Origin: Alphaproteobacteria bacterium
Lineage (GTDB): Bacteria; Pseudomonadota; Alphaproteobacteria; SPJN01
Assembly: GCA_049609145.1 (NCBI GenBank)
Contig: JBMYYF010000002.1
Span: 372,839 to 436,838 of the forward strand
Direction: 5' to 3'
Length of the DNA stretch: 64,000 bases
The notes under the pieces were generated by a model. That model had not been told where the DNA came from. It ran no database searches and saw only the letters and a list, made by a program, of their open reading frames with translations. The position numbers were made by a program, and so were the translations under genes. This document shows, in pieces, positions 34,177 to 43,799 of the stretch (its first letter is position 1; each line of letters begins with the position of its first letter).

Positions 34177-34670
34177 GGGATCTGAAAGCTGATCTATTGG
34201 CGGCCTGTATGCTAATAGGTGAGTTCAGGCTGCGGTCAGGGCAAACGTCTGATCGCTATTTTGACAAATATCAATTTGAGTCAGACCCAAAGTTGTTGGC
34301 CGCTGTTGCGACGGCGATGACACCCTTGGTGCCGCGCGAAGGTGAAATTCTGGCAGGGCTGGAACTTGGTGGTGTGCCTGTTGCCACTGCGCTTGCGCTT
34401 CAAACCGGGTTGCCCGCCGCCTTTGTGCGTAAAGAAGCGAAGGCATATGGCACTTGTCGCTTGGCGGAGGGGGTGGAGATTGCAGGTCGCAATGTCGTCG
34501 TGGTGGAAGATGTGGTGACGACAGGCGGCCAAGTGCTCGAAAGCACGCAGGCGTTGCGTGAGCGCGGCGCAATTGTTGAGACCGCCCTCTGCGTGATGCT
34601 GCGGGATGACGCGGCGATTGAACGCTTCGCAGAGCATGATTTAGCCTTGCGGCCATTGTTTGTTCTTTAG
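34173..34670 (+). CDS. orotate phosphoribosyltransferase-like (type I PRTase)
   Basis: GEFRLRSGQTSDRYFD resembles the OPRTase N-motif. The PRPP-binding motif VVVVEDVVTTGGQ is present. At 165 aa it is shorter than E. coli PyrE. Confidence 0.55.
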   Translation: MRDLKADLLAACMLIGEFRLRSGQTSDRYFDKYQFESDPKLLAAVATAMTPLVPREGEILAGLELGGVPVATALALQTGLPAAFVRKEAKAYGTCRLAEGVEIAGRNVVVVEDVVTTGGQVLESTQALRERGAIVETALCVMLRDDAAIERFAEHDLALRPLFVL

Positions 34671-34802
34671 AAGATAAACGCCGCGTCACCCCGGGCTTGA
34701 CCCGGGGTCCATGTAGCGTTGGATAAAGTCTGAAGTGGATCCCGGCTCGCGATACGGACAGGTCCGCATCTTGGCCGGGATGACGTTTACGGCTTTGGGT
34801 AT

Positions 34803-35918
34803 CTACTCAGCCGCCAGCACTGAATTGGCTTTGTTCAGCACACCACCATTAATCTCAATCAGATATTTGATGCCCTGTTCGGCAATGTCGTCGCCGATCA
34901 TACGGTCGCCTTCGTCGTGCAATTCGCCCATATCCACAAAGGCAGCATATTGGGGTGCGGTGCGTTCGGTAATGATACCGGCCTTGAGCAATGTTTTGAT
35001 CAGCACGCGGAAAATATTGGTGCGATCTTGCATGTCTTCGCGAATGCGTTCATCCGTCATGCCTTCCAGAAAGGCGTTTTGTGCCCATTCCCAATCCATA
35101 TCCACTTGCTCATAAATCCATTTGCGTTGCTCGGGTGAGCCCAGATTGTAAAGCAGGGATTGGAAGCAATGCAGCGCCCAGTCTTCAATCGTGTTGCGAT
35201 CGGCCTCGCTCACATGGGGAATGGTTTTGTCGGCCCAGATTTTCCCAAATTTGTGATGGAACGCCTCATCCGTCATAACCAGTTGCATAAGCTGCACCAG
35301 CAGCGGGTCGCGGCCATAGGTATAGGTGGCGGCGAAAGCACCCATGGCGAGACCCTCTACCAGCATTTGCATACCGACGATCTTTTTATAGACCTCCGGC
35401 GCGGCAATAATTTCTTCCAGCAAGCCTTGGAGGGATGGGCCGCAGGGGCAAGGTTGACCCCACCGGGTTTCGATATAGCGGCTAAAGCCCAGCACATGGC
35501 GGGCTTCTTCCCGCGTTTGGTTGGCGGCATATTCCTGCGCGCCGGGATCAAGCAGAATGTCTACCAGCGAAGCTGAAAGCGATAGCGCGCCTTGTTCCCC
35601 ATGCAGAATAGAAGAAAGCGACCACAACGTGCCCAGATTGGCCAGCTTGATGCGGCGCTTTTCATCCAGCCCGGCCATGTCGGCGATCAAGGCATCCATG
35701 CTTTGTGCGGGATCGACCAGATAGTCGTTTTCCAGATCGAACGGTTGGCTGTAGTCGATATATTTGCTGTCCAGCGGATCCCAAAAATGATCATGAGTGG
35801 CGGAAATTATTTTGTCGAAATGCGGGGTGCGCGCCGCATAGCGGTCCACCTGGATCATGGATTTGAAATCGCCGGGTTTCACGGCATTATAGGCAATATC
35901 GCCCGTAATATCTGACAT
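34803..35918 (-). CDS. ferritin-like diiron-carboxylate protein (AurF/N-oxygenase-like)
   Basis: Two ExxH motifs (REEARHV and DEAFHHKF) in helical segments spaced as in diiron oxygenases. The family-level call is inferred. Confidence 0.45.
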   Translation of the reverse strand: MSDITGDIAYNAVKPGDFKSMIQVDRYAARTPHFDKIISATHDHFWDPLDSKYIDYSQPFDLENDYLVDPAQSMDALIADMAGLDEKRRIKLANLGTLWSLSSILHGEQGALSLSASLVDILLDPGAQEYAANQTREEARHVLGFSRYIETRWGQPCPCGPSLQGLLEEIIAAPEVYKKIVGMQMLVEGLAMGAFAATYTYGRDPLLVQLMQLVMTDEAFHHKFGKIWADKTIPHVSEADRNTIEDWALHCFQSLLYNLGSPEQRKWIYEQVDMDWEWAQNAFLEGMTDERIREDMQDRTNIFRVLIKTLLKAGIITERTAPQYAAFVDMGELHDEGDRMIGDDIAEQGIKYLIEINGGVLNKANSVLAAE

Positions 35919-35989
35919 TGTGGCCTCCTGTTTATCAGCTCTATCGGCTGTTGGGCAAAAGTCTGCGCCTGTTGATGTCGGGAGTCAAT

Positions 35990-36011
35990 AAAGTGACCAC
36001 CCTGTCACTTT
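35990..36011. promoter_or_regulatory. perfect palindrome AAAGTGAC-N6-GTCACTTT in a divergent promoter region
   Basis: Read directly in the 175-bp intergenic region between the diiron gene (minus strand) and the peroxiredoxin-fusion gene (plus strand). Confidence 0.4.
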
Positions 36012-36093
36012 TTCGAGAGGTAAAGGGCAGGGAATGGTGTTGCCGCCTGCTCTTGCGCTACAGTCCCGCCAACTGAAATGCAGGGGCTGGACC

Positions 36094-36921
36094 ATGAATA
36101 GTTTGAAATCAAAATTTGTTTTGCCGTTTTTTACACTGATTGTCGGCGTGGGTATTTATGGGATTATTGGCCTGTTCGGTGAAAATCCTTTGGGGGCGGT
36201 CGGCATGGGGCTGACGGCTTGGGGATCATGGGTGTTCTTCGGCAAAGTGTTCATCACCGGCGCGCCGCGCACATCGTCCAACATGCCATTGGTCTTGGCG
36301 GCGGCGATTGTCGGTGTCGTGCTGGCTGTGGTGGAAGGCACCTTGCTGCAAGTTGATCTGGCGGTGCTGTGCTTCTTCGCCCTGCTGGCATATGATTTTT
36401 GGTATTCCCGCTTTGGCCGCAAGGAAAGTGCCGCGCTCACAATCGGCAATAAGCTGCCTACTTTCGTTATGGAAGATGCAGACGGCAATGAGGTGACGGC
36501 AGACAACTTCAAAGGTGCTCCGGCCATCTTCATGTTTTTTCGCGGCAATTGGTGCCCACTTTGTATGGCGCAAATCAAAGAGGTCGCAGATCGCTATAAT
36601 GAGCTGGAGACCTTGGGCGCCAAAATGGTGCTCGTCGCACCGCAATCTCACAAAAACACGCAAGAGCTGGCCGAACGTTTCAAGGTAAACTTTACCTATC
36701 TATGCGATCCCGAAAACCGCGCCGCCAAGGCGCTGGGCATTGAACATCTCAACGGCACGCCGATGGGGATCGCTGGATATGACGCCGACACGGTTCTGCC
36801 CACGGTCATCGTGGTTGATGCCGATGGCACAATCTTGATGGCGGATCAGACCGATAACTACCGCGTGCGGCCAGAGCCGGATACGTTCCTAAACGTGTTG
36901 AAAGAGGCGGCGGCAGTTTGA
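36094..36921 (+). CDS. membrane-anchored peroxiredoxin/redoxin (AhpC-TSA fold) with N-terminal multi-TM domain
   Basis: About 4 hydrophobic helices at the N-terminus. The C-terminus has a thioredoxin-fold peroxiredoxin motif (FFRGNWCPLCMAQI). Confidence 0.7.
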   Translation: MNSLKSKFVLPFFTLIVGVGIYGIIGLFGENPLGAVGMGLTAWGSWVFFGKVFITGAPRTSSNMPLVLAAAIVGVVLAVVEGTLLQVDLAVLCFFALLAYDFWYSRFGRKESAALTIGNKLPTFVMEDADGNEVTADNFKGAPAIFMFFRGNWCPLCMAQIKEVADRYNELETLGAKMVLVAPQSHKNTQELAERFKVNFTYLCDPENRAAKALGIEHLNGTPMGIAGYDADTVLPTVIVVDADGTILMADQTDNYRVRPEPDTFLNVLKEAAAV

Positions 36922-37361
36922 TGACCCAACTCACCCACGACAGTTTCGTCATTGAACACAGCTACAAAGCTGCGCCCGCCCAAGTCTTCAAGGCGTGGAG
37001 CAATTCAGACGCCATCAGCCAATGGGCGCCGCCCATGGAAGGCATGGTGTTTGAATATACCGCATTTAATTTCACGCCGGGCGGCGCGTTTGAATATCGC
37101 TGCGGGCCGCAAGGCGCGATGGTGATCAAAGGGGGGTATCTCGATATCGTGCAAGACCAACGCATCCTCTTCACCGAAGTGGGGGCGGTGAGCGATGGCG
37201 GCGTCTCCGTCATGATGAATACGGTGGATTTGGTGGCGGAAGGCTCGGGCACCAAGCTGATCATGACGGTGCAAATCGCGGCAAGTGATGCGGCAGGCAC
37301 CAAGCAAGGTGCCAGCTTTGGCTGGGGCAAGGCGCTGACCAATCTGGAAGGCTTCCTTTAA
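36918..37361 (+). CDS. SRPBCC family protein (AHSA1/activator of Hsp90 ATPase-like)
   Basis: Length 147 aa with the pattern (...YKAAPAQVFKAWSNSDAISQW...) typical of the Aha1/SRPBCC domain. Confidence 0.7.
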   Translation: MMTQLTHDSFVIEHSYKAAPAQVFKAWSNSDAISQWAPPMEGMVFEYTAFNFTPGGAFEYRCGPQGAMVIKGGYLDIVQDQRILFTEVGAVSDGGVSVMMNTVDLVAEGSGTKLIMTVQIAASDAAGTKQGASFGWGKALTNLEGFL

Positions 37362-37975
37362 ATCTTCCGGGCGATGATCAAGCGGCTCATGCCGCCTTTG
37401 GGATAGGTTTCAGCCTCTATAATTTCAAAACCTGATTGGGTCACCACATCTTCAAACTGCTGTTGGGAGAAGAAATTCACATGCGGGGCCTTGCCAATTA
37501 GTTGGAGCACGTTGATGGGAATACGCCACAACCATTTGTTTGCAAGGCACGGCGTTTTGGTGATGAGAAGGCCCCCCGGCGCCATTTGTTCGCGCATTTG
37601 GACCAGTGCCGCCATCGGGTCTGGCAACAGGTGGATCAGGTTAAACGCCATCACCACATCAAACGGGCCAGGCAGGGGGGTTTCCCCGGCAACCGCCTGC
37701 GTGAAGGTGATGTTCTCCACCCCATCCGTCTTCGCTTGCTCAAAGCCATAGCTGATCATATTGGCGGAAATGTCGGTCGCGGTAATATGGGCCACGCTGT
37801 CGGCCAGTAGAAGGGCGGTGGCGCCAGAGCCACAGCCCATTTCCAGCACCTTGTCGGTGGGTTTTAAATGCGCACGCACTTGGGCCAGCCACGCCTCATA
37901 GGTCTCAATATCCTTGATAGGGCTTGCCACATATTTGGCGGCGGCCTTGTCCCAGAAACTTGCGCTATCAACCAT
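37358..37975 (-). CDS. class I SAM-dependent methyltransferase
   Basis: SAM-binding motif VLEMGCGSG. Confidence 0.8.
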   Translation of the reverse strand: MVDSASFWDKAAAKYVASPIKDIETYEAWLAQVRAHLKPTDKVLEMGCGSGATALLLADSVAHITATDISANMISYGFEQAKTDGVENITFTQAVAGETPLPGPFDVVMAFNLIHLLPDPMAALVQMREQMAPGGLLITKTPCLANKWLWRIPINVLQLIGKAPHVNFFSQQQFEDVVTQSGFEIIEAETYPKGGMSRLIIARKI

Positions 37976-38048
37976 TTGTTACCTCACCTTGCAGGGGGGC
38001 GTTTGAAGGGTTAAGTCTAGGCACAGAACTTATTGGGGAGCAAACATT

Positions 38049-38948
38049 ATGACCGATCAAGAATATACACCGCCCAAAGTATGGACATGGGATAAGGAAA
38101 GCGGTGGCCGCTTTGCCAATATCAATCGGCCTACGGCAGGCGCGCAGCAGGAAAAAGAGCTGCAAGTGGGCAAGCACCCCATTCAGCTTTATTCGCTGGG
38201 CACGCCCAATGGCGTTAAAGTCACCATCATGCTGGAAGAACTGCTCGCCAAAGGCCATGAAGGCGCAGAATATGATGCGTGGCTGATCAATATTGGCGAT
38301 GGCGATCAATTTGGTTCCGGCTTTGTGGACATTAACCCCAATTCCAAAATCCCGGCTATGATGGATCACAGCACCACCCCGCCGACGCGGATTTTTGAAT
38401 CCGGTGCCATGCTGCTTTATCTGGCCGACAAATTCGGGGAGTTTGTGCCGAAGGATCATGCCGGCCGCACGGAATGCCTGAACTGGCTGTTCTGGTTGCA
38501 AGGCTCTGCACCCTTTTTGGGCGGTGGTTTCGGTCACTTCTATGCTTATGCGCCGATCAAAATCGAATATGCGATCGACCGCTATGCGATGGAGGTGAAG
38601 CGTCATCTTTCCCTACTGGATCAGCAATTGGCCGATAACAAGTTCATCATCGGCGATGACTACACGATTGCCGATATGGCGATTGCGCCGTGGTATGGCT
38701 CCGTGATGGACAACCAAGCCTATGATGCGGCGGAGTTTTTGTCGGTGCATGAATATAAAAATGTGCGCCGCTGGATTGATGAGGTGAACAGTCGGCCCGC
38801 CGTAAAACGTGGGCGCATGGTGAACCGGCCCTACGGTAAACCGGAAAACCAGTTGCTTGAACGCCACGATGCCAGCGATTTTGAAACCAAGACGATGGAC
38901 AAACTCATGGCCCAAGCCGCAGCGGCAGAGGCAGAGAAGGCAAGCTAG
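38049..38948 (+). CDS. yghU: glutathione S-transferase, YghU (Nu-class) family
   Basis: Near-collinear with E. coli YghU (MTDQEYTPPKVWTWDKESGGRFANINRP...HERHDASDFETKT). Confidence 0.9.
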   Translation: MTDQEYTPPKVWTWDKESGGRFANINRPTAGAQQEKELQVGKHPIQLYSLGTPNGVKVTIMLEELLAKGHEGAEYDAWLINIGDGDQFGSGFVDINPNSKIPAMMDHSTTPPTRIFESGAMLLYLADKFGEFVPKDHAGRTECLNWLFWLQGSAPFLGGGFGHFYAYAPIKIEYAIDRYAMEVKRHLSLLDQQLADNKFIIGDDYTIADMAIAPWYGSVMDNQAYDAAEFLSVHEYKNVRRWIDEVNSRPAVKRGRMVNRPYGKPENQLLERHDASDFETKTMDKLMAQAAAAEAEKAS

Positions 38949-39073
38949 AATATCGTCATCCCGACATGGGGGAGGCGCGCAGCGACCAACTAGCTGTGAC
39001 TACAGCTCGGCGCTTATGCGCCGCCCTTCACGGAGACATGAGCGCTAGCGAATTGTCGTGAGTGTGAACCGAG

Positions 39074-39430
39074 TTAGTCTTCTACACCTGCCGCCCGCAA
39101 CGCAGGCTTCAAACGGCCCGTCAGCTTCAGCCACAGCATGTGGTAATCCCCGCGTAATGACCAAAGGGGGTAATCGAAGGTGGCGGGCTTGTTTTTTTCA
39201 ATAAAGAAATGGCTGACCCATGCCGGGCCATAGCCAAATACGGTGGAAAGTAGCACCAGCCACCACGTACCCGTCAGCAACCCGCCAAAAAAGGCAGTGG
39301 TGGCGGCAAAAGTGCCCGCATAATGCAGGCCGCGCACGGCGGGTTTGCTGTGTTCGCTCAAATAATAGGGAAAAAAGTCGTCGTAATTCTCAATCGGGCG
39401 GTTGGTGCCCGGCACGGTGCGATGTTCCAT
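39074..39430 (-). CDS. DUF962 (Mpo1-like) membrane protein
   Basis: Membrane segments and the pattern MEHRTV...FFPYYLSEHSKP...HY are characteristic. The ATG at 39430 has a better context than the upstream Met. Confidence 0.65.
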   Translation of the reverse strand: MEHRTVPGTNRPIENYDDFFPYYLSEHSKPAVRGLHYAGTFAATTAFFGGLLTGTWWLVLLSTVFGYGPAWVSHFFIEKNKPATFDYPLWSLRGDYHMLWLKLTGRLKPALRAAGVED

Positions 39431-39570
39431 ATTTGGTCTCCATTGTTTCGCCCACAATACCACATTGATTTTTTTTGGGCACTCCCCTAGCGTCCGGCCC
39501 TGAAAAAGCTGAAACAAGCAGATGTGGCGCCCCCGCCCCGTAAGCTTGCCCCTGAATAGAGGAAATTTTT

Positions 39571-41346
39571 ATGCCCGTTTATCGCGCTCCCGTCAGAGAT
39601 ATGGAATTCATTCTAAACGAGGTGATTGGCCTTGATCGCTTGGCCAATATTCCAGCCTTCGCCGAAGCGACGCCTGATTTGGTTCATGCCGTGTTGGAAG
39701 AAGGCGGCAAGCTGTGTGAGGAGGTTTTGCAACCTCTCAACTTCAGCGGCGACAAGGAAGGCTGCACCCGCAATGAGGATGCCTCCGTCACGCCGCCGAA
39801 AGGCTTTAAAGAAGCGTATAAGACGTTTTCAGAAAACGGCTGGAACGCGCTTTCCGCCCCGGTAGAATATGGCGGGCAGGGTCTGCCCACCACCATTCGC
39901 TTGGCCTTCAACGAAATGGTATGTGCCGCCAATATGGCGTTTGGCATGTATCCGGGCCTCAGCCACGCGGCTGCCTCCGCCATCGAAGTGCATGGCACTG
40001 ATGAGCAAAAAAATCTCTTCCTGCCCAAGTTGTTTTCGGGTGAATGGTCCGGCACCATGAATTTGACAGAGCCCCATTGCGGTACCGATCTGGGCTTGCT
40101 GCGCACCAAGGCAGAACCGCAAGGCGATGGCACCTATGCTATTACCGGCACCAAGATTTTCATCTCCGCCGGTGAACACGACATGGCTGATAACATCATT
40201 CACTTGGTGTTGGCCCGCTTGCCCGATGCGCCCGAAGGCACCAAGGGCATCTCCCTCTTCATCGTGCCTAAATTCGCGGTAGACGCCGACGGCAATGTGG
40301 GTGAACGCCAAGCCGTTGAATGCGGCGCGCTGGAGGAGAAGATGGGCATTCACGGCAACTCAACCTGCGTGATGAACTATGATGGCGCCAAGGGCGTCAT
40401 GCTGGGGCAGGAGAATAAGGGCCTGAACGCCATGTTCGTTATGATGAACGAGGCGCGGCTGGGTGTGGCTTTGCAAGGCTTGGCGCAGTCAGAGGTTGCT
40501 TATCAAAATGCGGCAGATTATGCGCGTGATCGCCTGCAAGGCCGCGCGCTTACTGGCCCCGCCAATCCCGATGGTGCCGCAGACCCGATCATTGTGCACC
40601 CAGATGTGCGCCGCATGTTGCTGGAACAACGCGCCTTTAATGAAGGCGCGCGCGCCCTTTTGCTGGATGCGACCGTGAAGGCTGACATCATGCACACCCA
40701 CCCGGATGCGGCAGAGCGTGAAAAGGCGGATGACCGTTTGCAGGTGCTCACGCCCGTGCTGAAAGGTTATTTCACCAATCAGGGCTTTGCCAACACGGTA
40801 AACGCCCAGCAAATTTTTGGTGGCCATGGCTATATTCAAGAACAAGGCATGGAGCAATTTGTGCGTGATGCGCGCATTGCCCAAATCTATGAAGGCGCCA
40901 ATGGCATTCAGGCACTGGACCTTGTTGGCCGCAAGCTGCCCCTAAAAGGTGGCGCGCCCTTCATGGAATATATTGGCGAAATGCGCGCCTTTGTGGCTGA
41001 AAACAGCGATGGCGAAATGGCAGAAATTACGGCCCCTTTGGCCGCGGCCATTGATCGGTTGGAAGAAGGCTTTAAGTGGTTCATGGAAAATGCGCTGGCA
41101 AACTTTGATCACGCCGGGGCCGGTTCCGTAGACTTTATGCACCTGTTCGGCCTTACCACCCTTGGGCACCAATGGGCCAAAATGGCGAAAGTTGCCTTGG
41201 ACCATAAGGGCGATGATTTCTACGATAATAAAGTCACCACCGCGCGGTTCTTCATGGCGCGTATGTTGCCTGATACGGCAGCGCAGCTTGCCAAAGTGCA
41301 ATCAGGTGCCGACAGCATCATGGCGATGGCGGCTGATCAGTTCTAG
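39571..41346 (+). CDS. acyl-CoA dehydrogenase, long (about 590 aa) type
   Basis: N-terminal ACAD middle/N domains (TEPHCGTDLGLLRTKAE) plus a C-terminal extension typical of FadE/AcdA-like long ACADs. Confidence 0.85.
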   Translation: MPVYRAPVRDMEFILNEVIGLDRLANIPAFAEATPDLVHAVLEEGGKLCEEVLQPLNFSGDKEGCTRNEDASVTPPKGFKEAYKTFSENGWNALSAPVEYGGQGLPTTIRLAFNEMVCAANMAFGMYPGLSHAAASAIEVHGTDEQKNLFLPKLFSGEWSGTMNLTEPHCGTDLGLLRTKAEPQGDGTYAITGTKIFISAGEHDMADNIIHLVLARLPDAPEGTKGISLFIVPKFAVDADGNVGERQAVECGALEEKMGIHGNSTCVMNYDGAKGVMLGQENKGLNAMFVMMNEARLGVALQGLAQSEVAYQNAADYARDRLQGRALTGPANPDGAADPIIVHPDVRRMLLEQRAFNEGARALLLDATVKADIMHTHPDAAEREKADDRLQVLTPVLKGYFTNQGFANTVNAQQIFGGHGYIQEQGMEQFVRDARIAQIYEGANGIQALDLVGRKLPLKGGAPFMEYIGEMRAFVAENSDGEMAEITAPLAAAIDRLEEGFKWFMENALANFDHAGAGSVDFMHLFGLTTLGHQWAKMAKVALDHKGDDFYDNKVTTARFFMARMLPDTAAQLAKVQSGADSIMAMAADQF

Positions 41347-41422
41347 GTCAGCTCTAAAACCGACTTTGATTTTGGCGTGGCCTCGGGTAAACCGGGGCCA
41401 CAGTCATTTTAGGAGATACCCC

Positions 41423-42580
41423 ATGCAAGATACCCCCGTCACCCAGCCGGCCTGGATGGATGAAGAACTTGAAATCTTTAAGGACGCCGCAGGCAAATTT
41501 TTTGATGCCGAATGCGCCCCCAATGCAGAGCGTTGGGAAGAACAGGGCTTTGTCGATCGCGACATCTGGAACAAAATGGGCGAAATGGGCTTCTTGAACG
41601 CCTCTATCTCGGCTGATTATGGCGGCGCAGGCGGCGACTTTCGGCACGAGGCGGTGCTCTACGAACAGCAAGTAAAAAAGAATGCAGGCGGCATTGGTGT
41701 GTCCGTACATTCCGGCATTTGCGCCCATTACATTCAATCTTACGGCACCGAAGAACAAAAGCAGCGCTGGCTGCCGGATATGGCAACAGGCAAAAAAGTC
41801 TGCGCCATCGCCATGACGGAACCTGGCACCGGGTCTGATCTTCAAAACGTGAAGACCACTGCCGTGATGGACGGGAACGAGCTTGTGGTGAACGGTCAAA
41901 AAACCTTCATCACCAATGGGCAGCAGGCCGACTTGATTATTGTGGTCGCCAAAACCGATCCCACCCAAGGCTCCAAAGGTATTTCTCTGGTCATGGTGGA
42001 CGCGACGGAATGCGAAGGCTTCAAGCGTGGCCGCAATCTCAAAAAAGTGGGGATGAAATCTCAGGACACGTCAGAGCTTTTCTTTGATAATGTGCGCGTA
42101 CCCACCTCTAACCTTATTGGGGAACAAGCGGGCCAAGGTTTCATTCAATTGATGCAACAATTGCCGCAAGAACGCTTGATTATTGGCGTAAACTGCGTGG
42201 CGATTGCAGAACAAGCTTTGGACGAAACCATTCAATATACGCGTGAGCGCAAGGCGTTTGGTCAAAGCGTGATTGATTTCCAAAACACGCGCTTCAAATT
42301 GGCGGAAATGAAAACCCAAATCACCATTGGGAAAACCTTCGTCAACAAATGCGTTGAAGCGTTGATGAAGGGCGAGCTTGATCCCGCCACCGCCTCTATG
42401 GCGAAATATTGGACATCGCAAATGGTGAACGATGTGGTGGATGAATGCGTTCAGCTTCACGGCGGTTATGGCTATATGTGGGAATATCCCATTGGCCGCA
42501 TGTATGCCGATGTGCGTATCCAAAAAATCTTCGGTGGCACAAACGAGATTATGAAAGAACTGATCGGCCGGACTTTGTAA
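41423..42580 (+). CDS. acyl-CoA dehydrogenase
   Basis: Classic roughly 385-aa ACAD (TEPGTGSDLQNVKTTA...). RBS AGGAG precedes the ATG at 41423. Confidence 0.85.
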   Translation: MQDTPVTQPAWMDEELEIFKDAAGKFFDAECAPNAERWEEQGFVDRDIWNKMGEMGFLNASISADYGGAGGDFRHEAVLYEQQVKKNAGGIGVSVHSGICAHYIQSYGTEEQKQRWLPDMATGKKVCAIAMTEPGTGSDLQNVKTTAVMDGNELVVNGQKTFITNGQQADLIIVVAKTDPTQGSKGISLVMVDATECEGFKRGRNLKKVGMKSQDTSELFFDNVRVPTSNLIGEQAGQGFIQLMQQLPQERLIIGVNCVAIAEQALDETIQYTRERKAFGQSVIDFQNTRFKLAEMKTQITIGKTFVNKCVEALMKGELDPATASMAKYWTSQMVNDVVDECVQLHGGYGYMWEYPIGRMYADVRIQKIFGGTNEIMKELIGRTL

Positions 42581-42682
42581 TCTCTCACGGCAGCAGGCTT
42601 GCGCCCGCGCCTACGAGGTGCAGCGCGTGGTCCGGCAACGAAGTTGCACCACAGGAAACCGCGCTGGACTTGAAATTCAGAA

Positions 42683-42726
42683 GGGCAGTCCCAGCATTAT
42701 TTTGCGGGCTGCCCTTTGTTGTTTTG
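42683..42726 (+). terminator. Rho-independent terminator after the ACAD gene
   Basis: GGGCAG-N-CTGCCC stem followed by tttgttgtttt. Confidence 0.55.
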
Positions 42727-42772
42727 CGCATTAAGATTGATACGTTTAAGTGCCGATTCGGTGGAGGATTGC

Positions 42773-43228
42773 ATGCAAATCAAAAGTCCTAATAAGGAAT
42801 GGGTTGCCCAAGAACTGGATAAGCTGTTCCACGAGTGGCTCGAATGGAAGGATGAAGTCGGGCAAATCGTGGACCATCCGTATGATGCCCATCGCGAATC
42901 GCAAGTTTTTGCCGATGGTAGAGAGAACATGCAAAAACACCGGGTGCTGCAGGCTAAAACGATTGAATTCCTTAATCAAAACATCAAGAGACACGGCTTT
43001 ATCTATCGTGATGGGCGCGGCGCTGATCGCACAGACCTTCGGCTGAATATCCGTGTTCAGCACCGAATTGATGATCTCGACGAGATCAAAGCGCGGTTGG
43101 AATATGCGAGTGTAACTGACGGGTTTTGGCGTGAACAAGGAAAGAAGCTGATTGGGAAAATCGTGGCTAATCCTTTCAAAGCCGTTGAAACTGCGGCTAC
43201 AGCACTTAAGAATTCTCGGGTGTTGTAG
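42773..43228 (+). CDS. hypothetical protein (151 aa), lower-GC orphan
   Basis: Clean ORF, by eye about 48% GC against a backbone near 58%. No recognisable motif. Followed by a hairpin cluster. Confidence 0.4.
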   Translation: MQIKSPNKEWVAQELDKLFHEWLEWKDEVGQIVDHPYDAHRESQVFADGRENMQKHRVLQAKTIEFLNQNIKRHGFIYRDGRGADRTDLRLNIRVQHRIDDLDEIKARLEYASVTDGFWREQGKKLIGKIVANPFKAVETAATALKNSRVL

Positions 43229-43388
43229 AGAGTTGGAAAACTGTTTCCATCGCGTAGCGATGGATCGCGCCCGACCCGCCCCACAGGGCGGGTGCGAAAA
43301 CGCACCCACCCTCGGGCCGGACACGATTGTTTTTGGGGTTCTAATTCCTCGAGCCCATGCTAGCCTTTTCTCAAACAAGGAGGGTCCC

Positions 43389-43799
43389 ATGAATAAGCCA
43401 CTTATGCGTTTAGGCTTTGTGCTGTTGTTGTTAAGCCTGCTGGCGGCACTTGTTGCGCCACAGGCGCAAATACCGCGCTTGGCGGTTAGTGCGCACTCCA
43501 TCGGCTTTATGGGCGGCATCATGTTGTTTGCCATTGGCGCTGGCTGGTCGGCCTTCAGCCTTTCAGACCGCCAAAAGAACCTGCTTAAATGGAGCTGGAT
43601 TTGGGCCAATTTTGGTAATTGGGCTGGCGTGTCCATCGCGTCTCAAACGGGCGCGACGGATCTATTACAGATCAATGGCGGTGCGCCCGATGCGCCCATT
43701 TGGGCAACCATCATCGTCTATTTCTTCATGATTACCATCATGGTTGCCGCGCTTACCGGCAGTGTGTTGGGTGTGATGGGGCTGAAAAAAGAAGATTAA
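43389..43799 (+). CDS. small integral membrane protein (136 aa, about 4 TM)
   Basis: Strong RBS AAGGAGGG precedes the ATG. The translation is almost entirely hydrophobic helices. Confidence 0.55.
   Translation: MNKPLMRLGFVLLLLSLLAALVAPQAQIPRLAVSAHSIGFMGGIMLFAIGAGWSAFSLSDRQKNLLKWSWIWANFGNWAGVSIASQTGATDLLQINGGAPDAPIWATIIVYFFMITIMVAALTGSVLGVMGLKKED

Noticed and set aside
34671-34802. A structured RNA in the gap after the OPRTase-like gene (hairpin CCCCGGG-cttgac-CCCGGGG).
   Set aside because: It is a single GC stem between convergent genes with no adjacent U-tract or conserved motif. A weak terminator is the likeliest reading.
38949-39073. A REP-like extragenic element or riboswitch between the convergent yghU and DUF962 genes.
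   Set aside because: There is only a short 5-bp hairpin (GGCGC-ttat-GCGCC) and no conserved riboswitch core that I can recognise. It is most simply a bidirectional terminator region.
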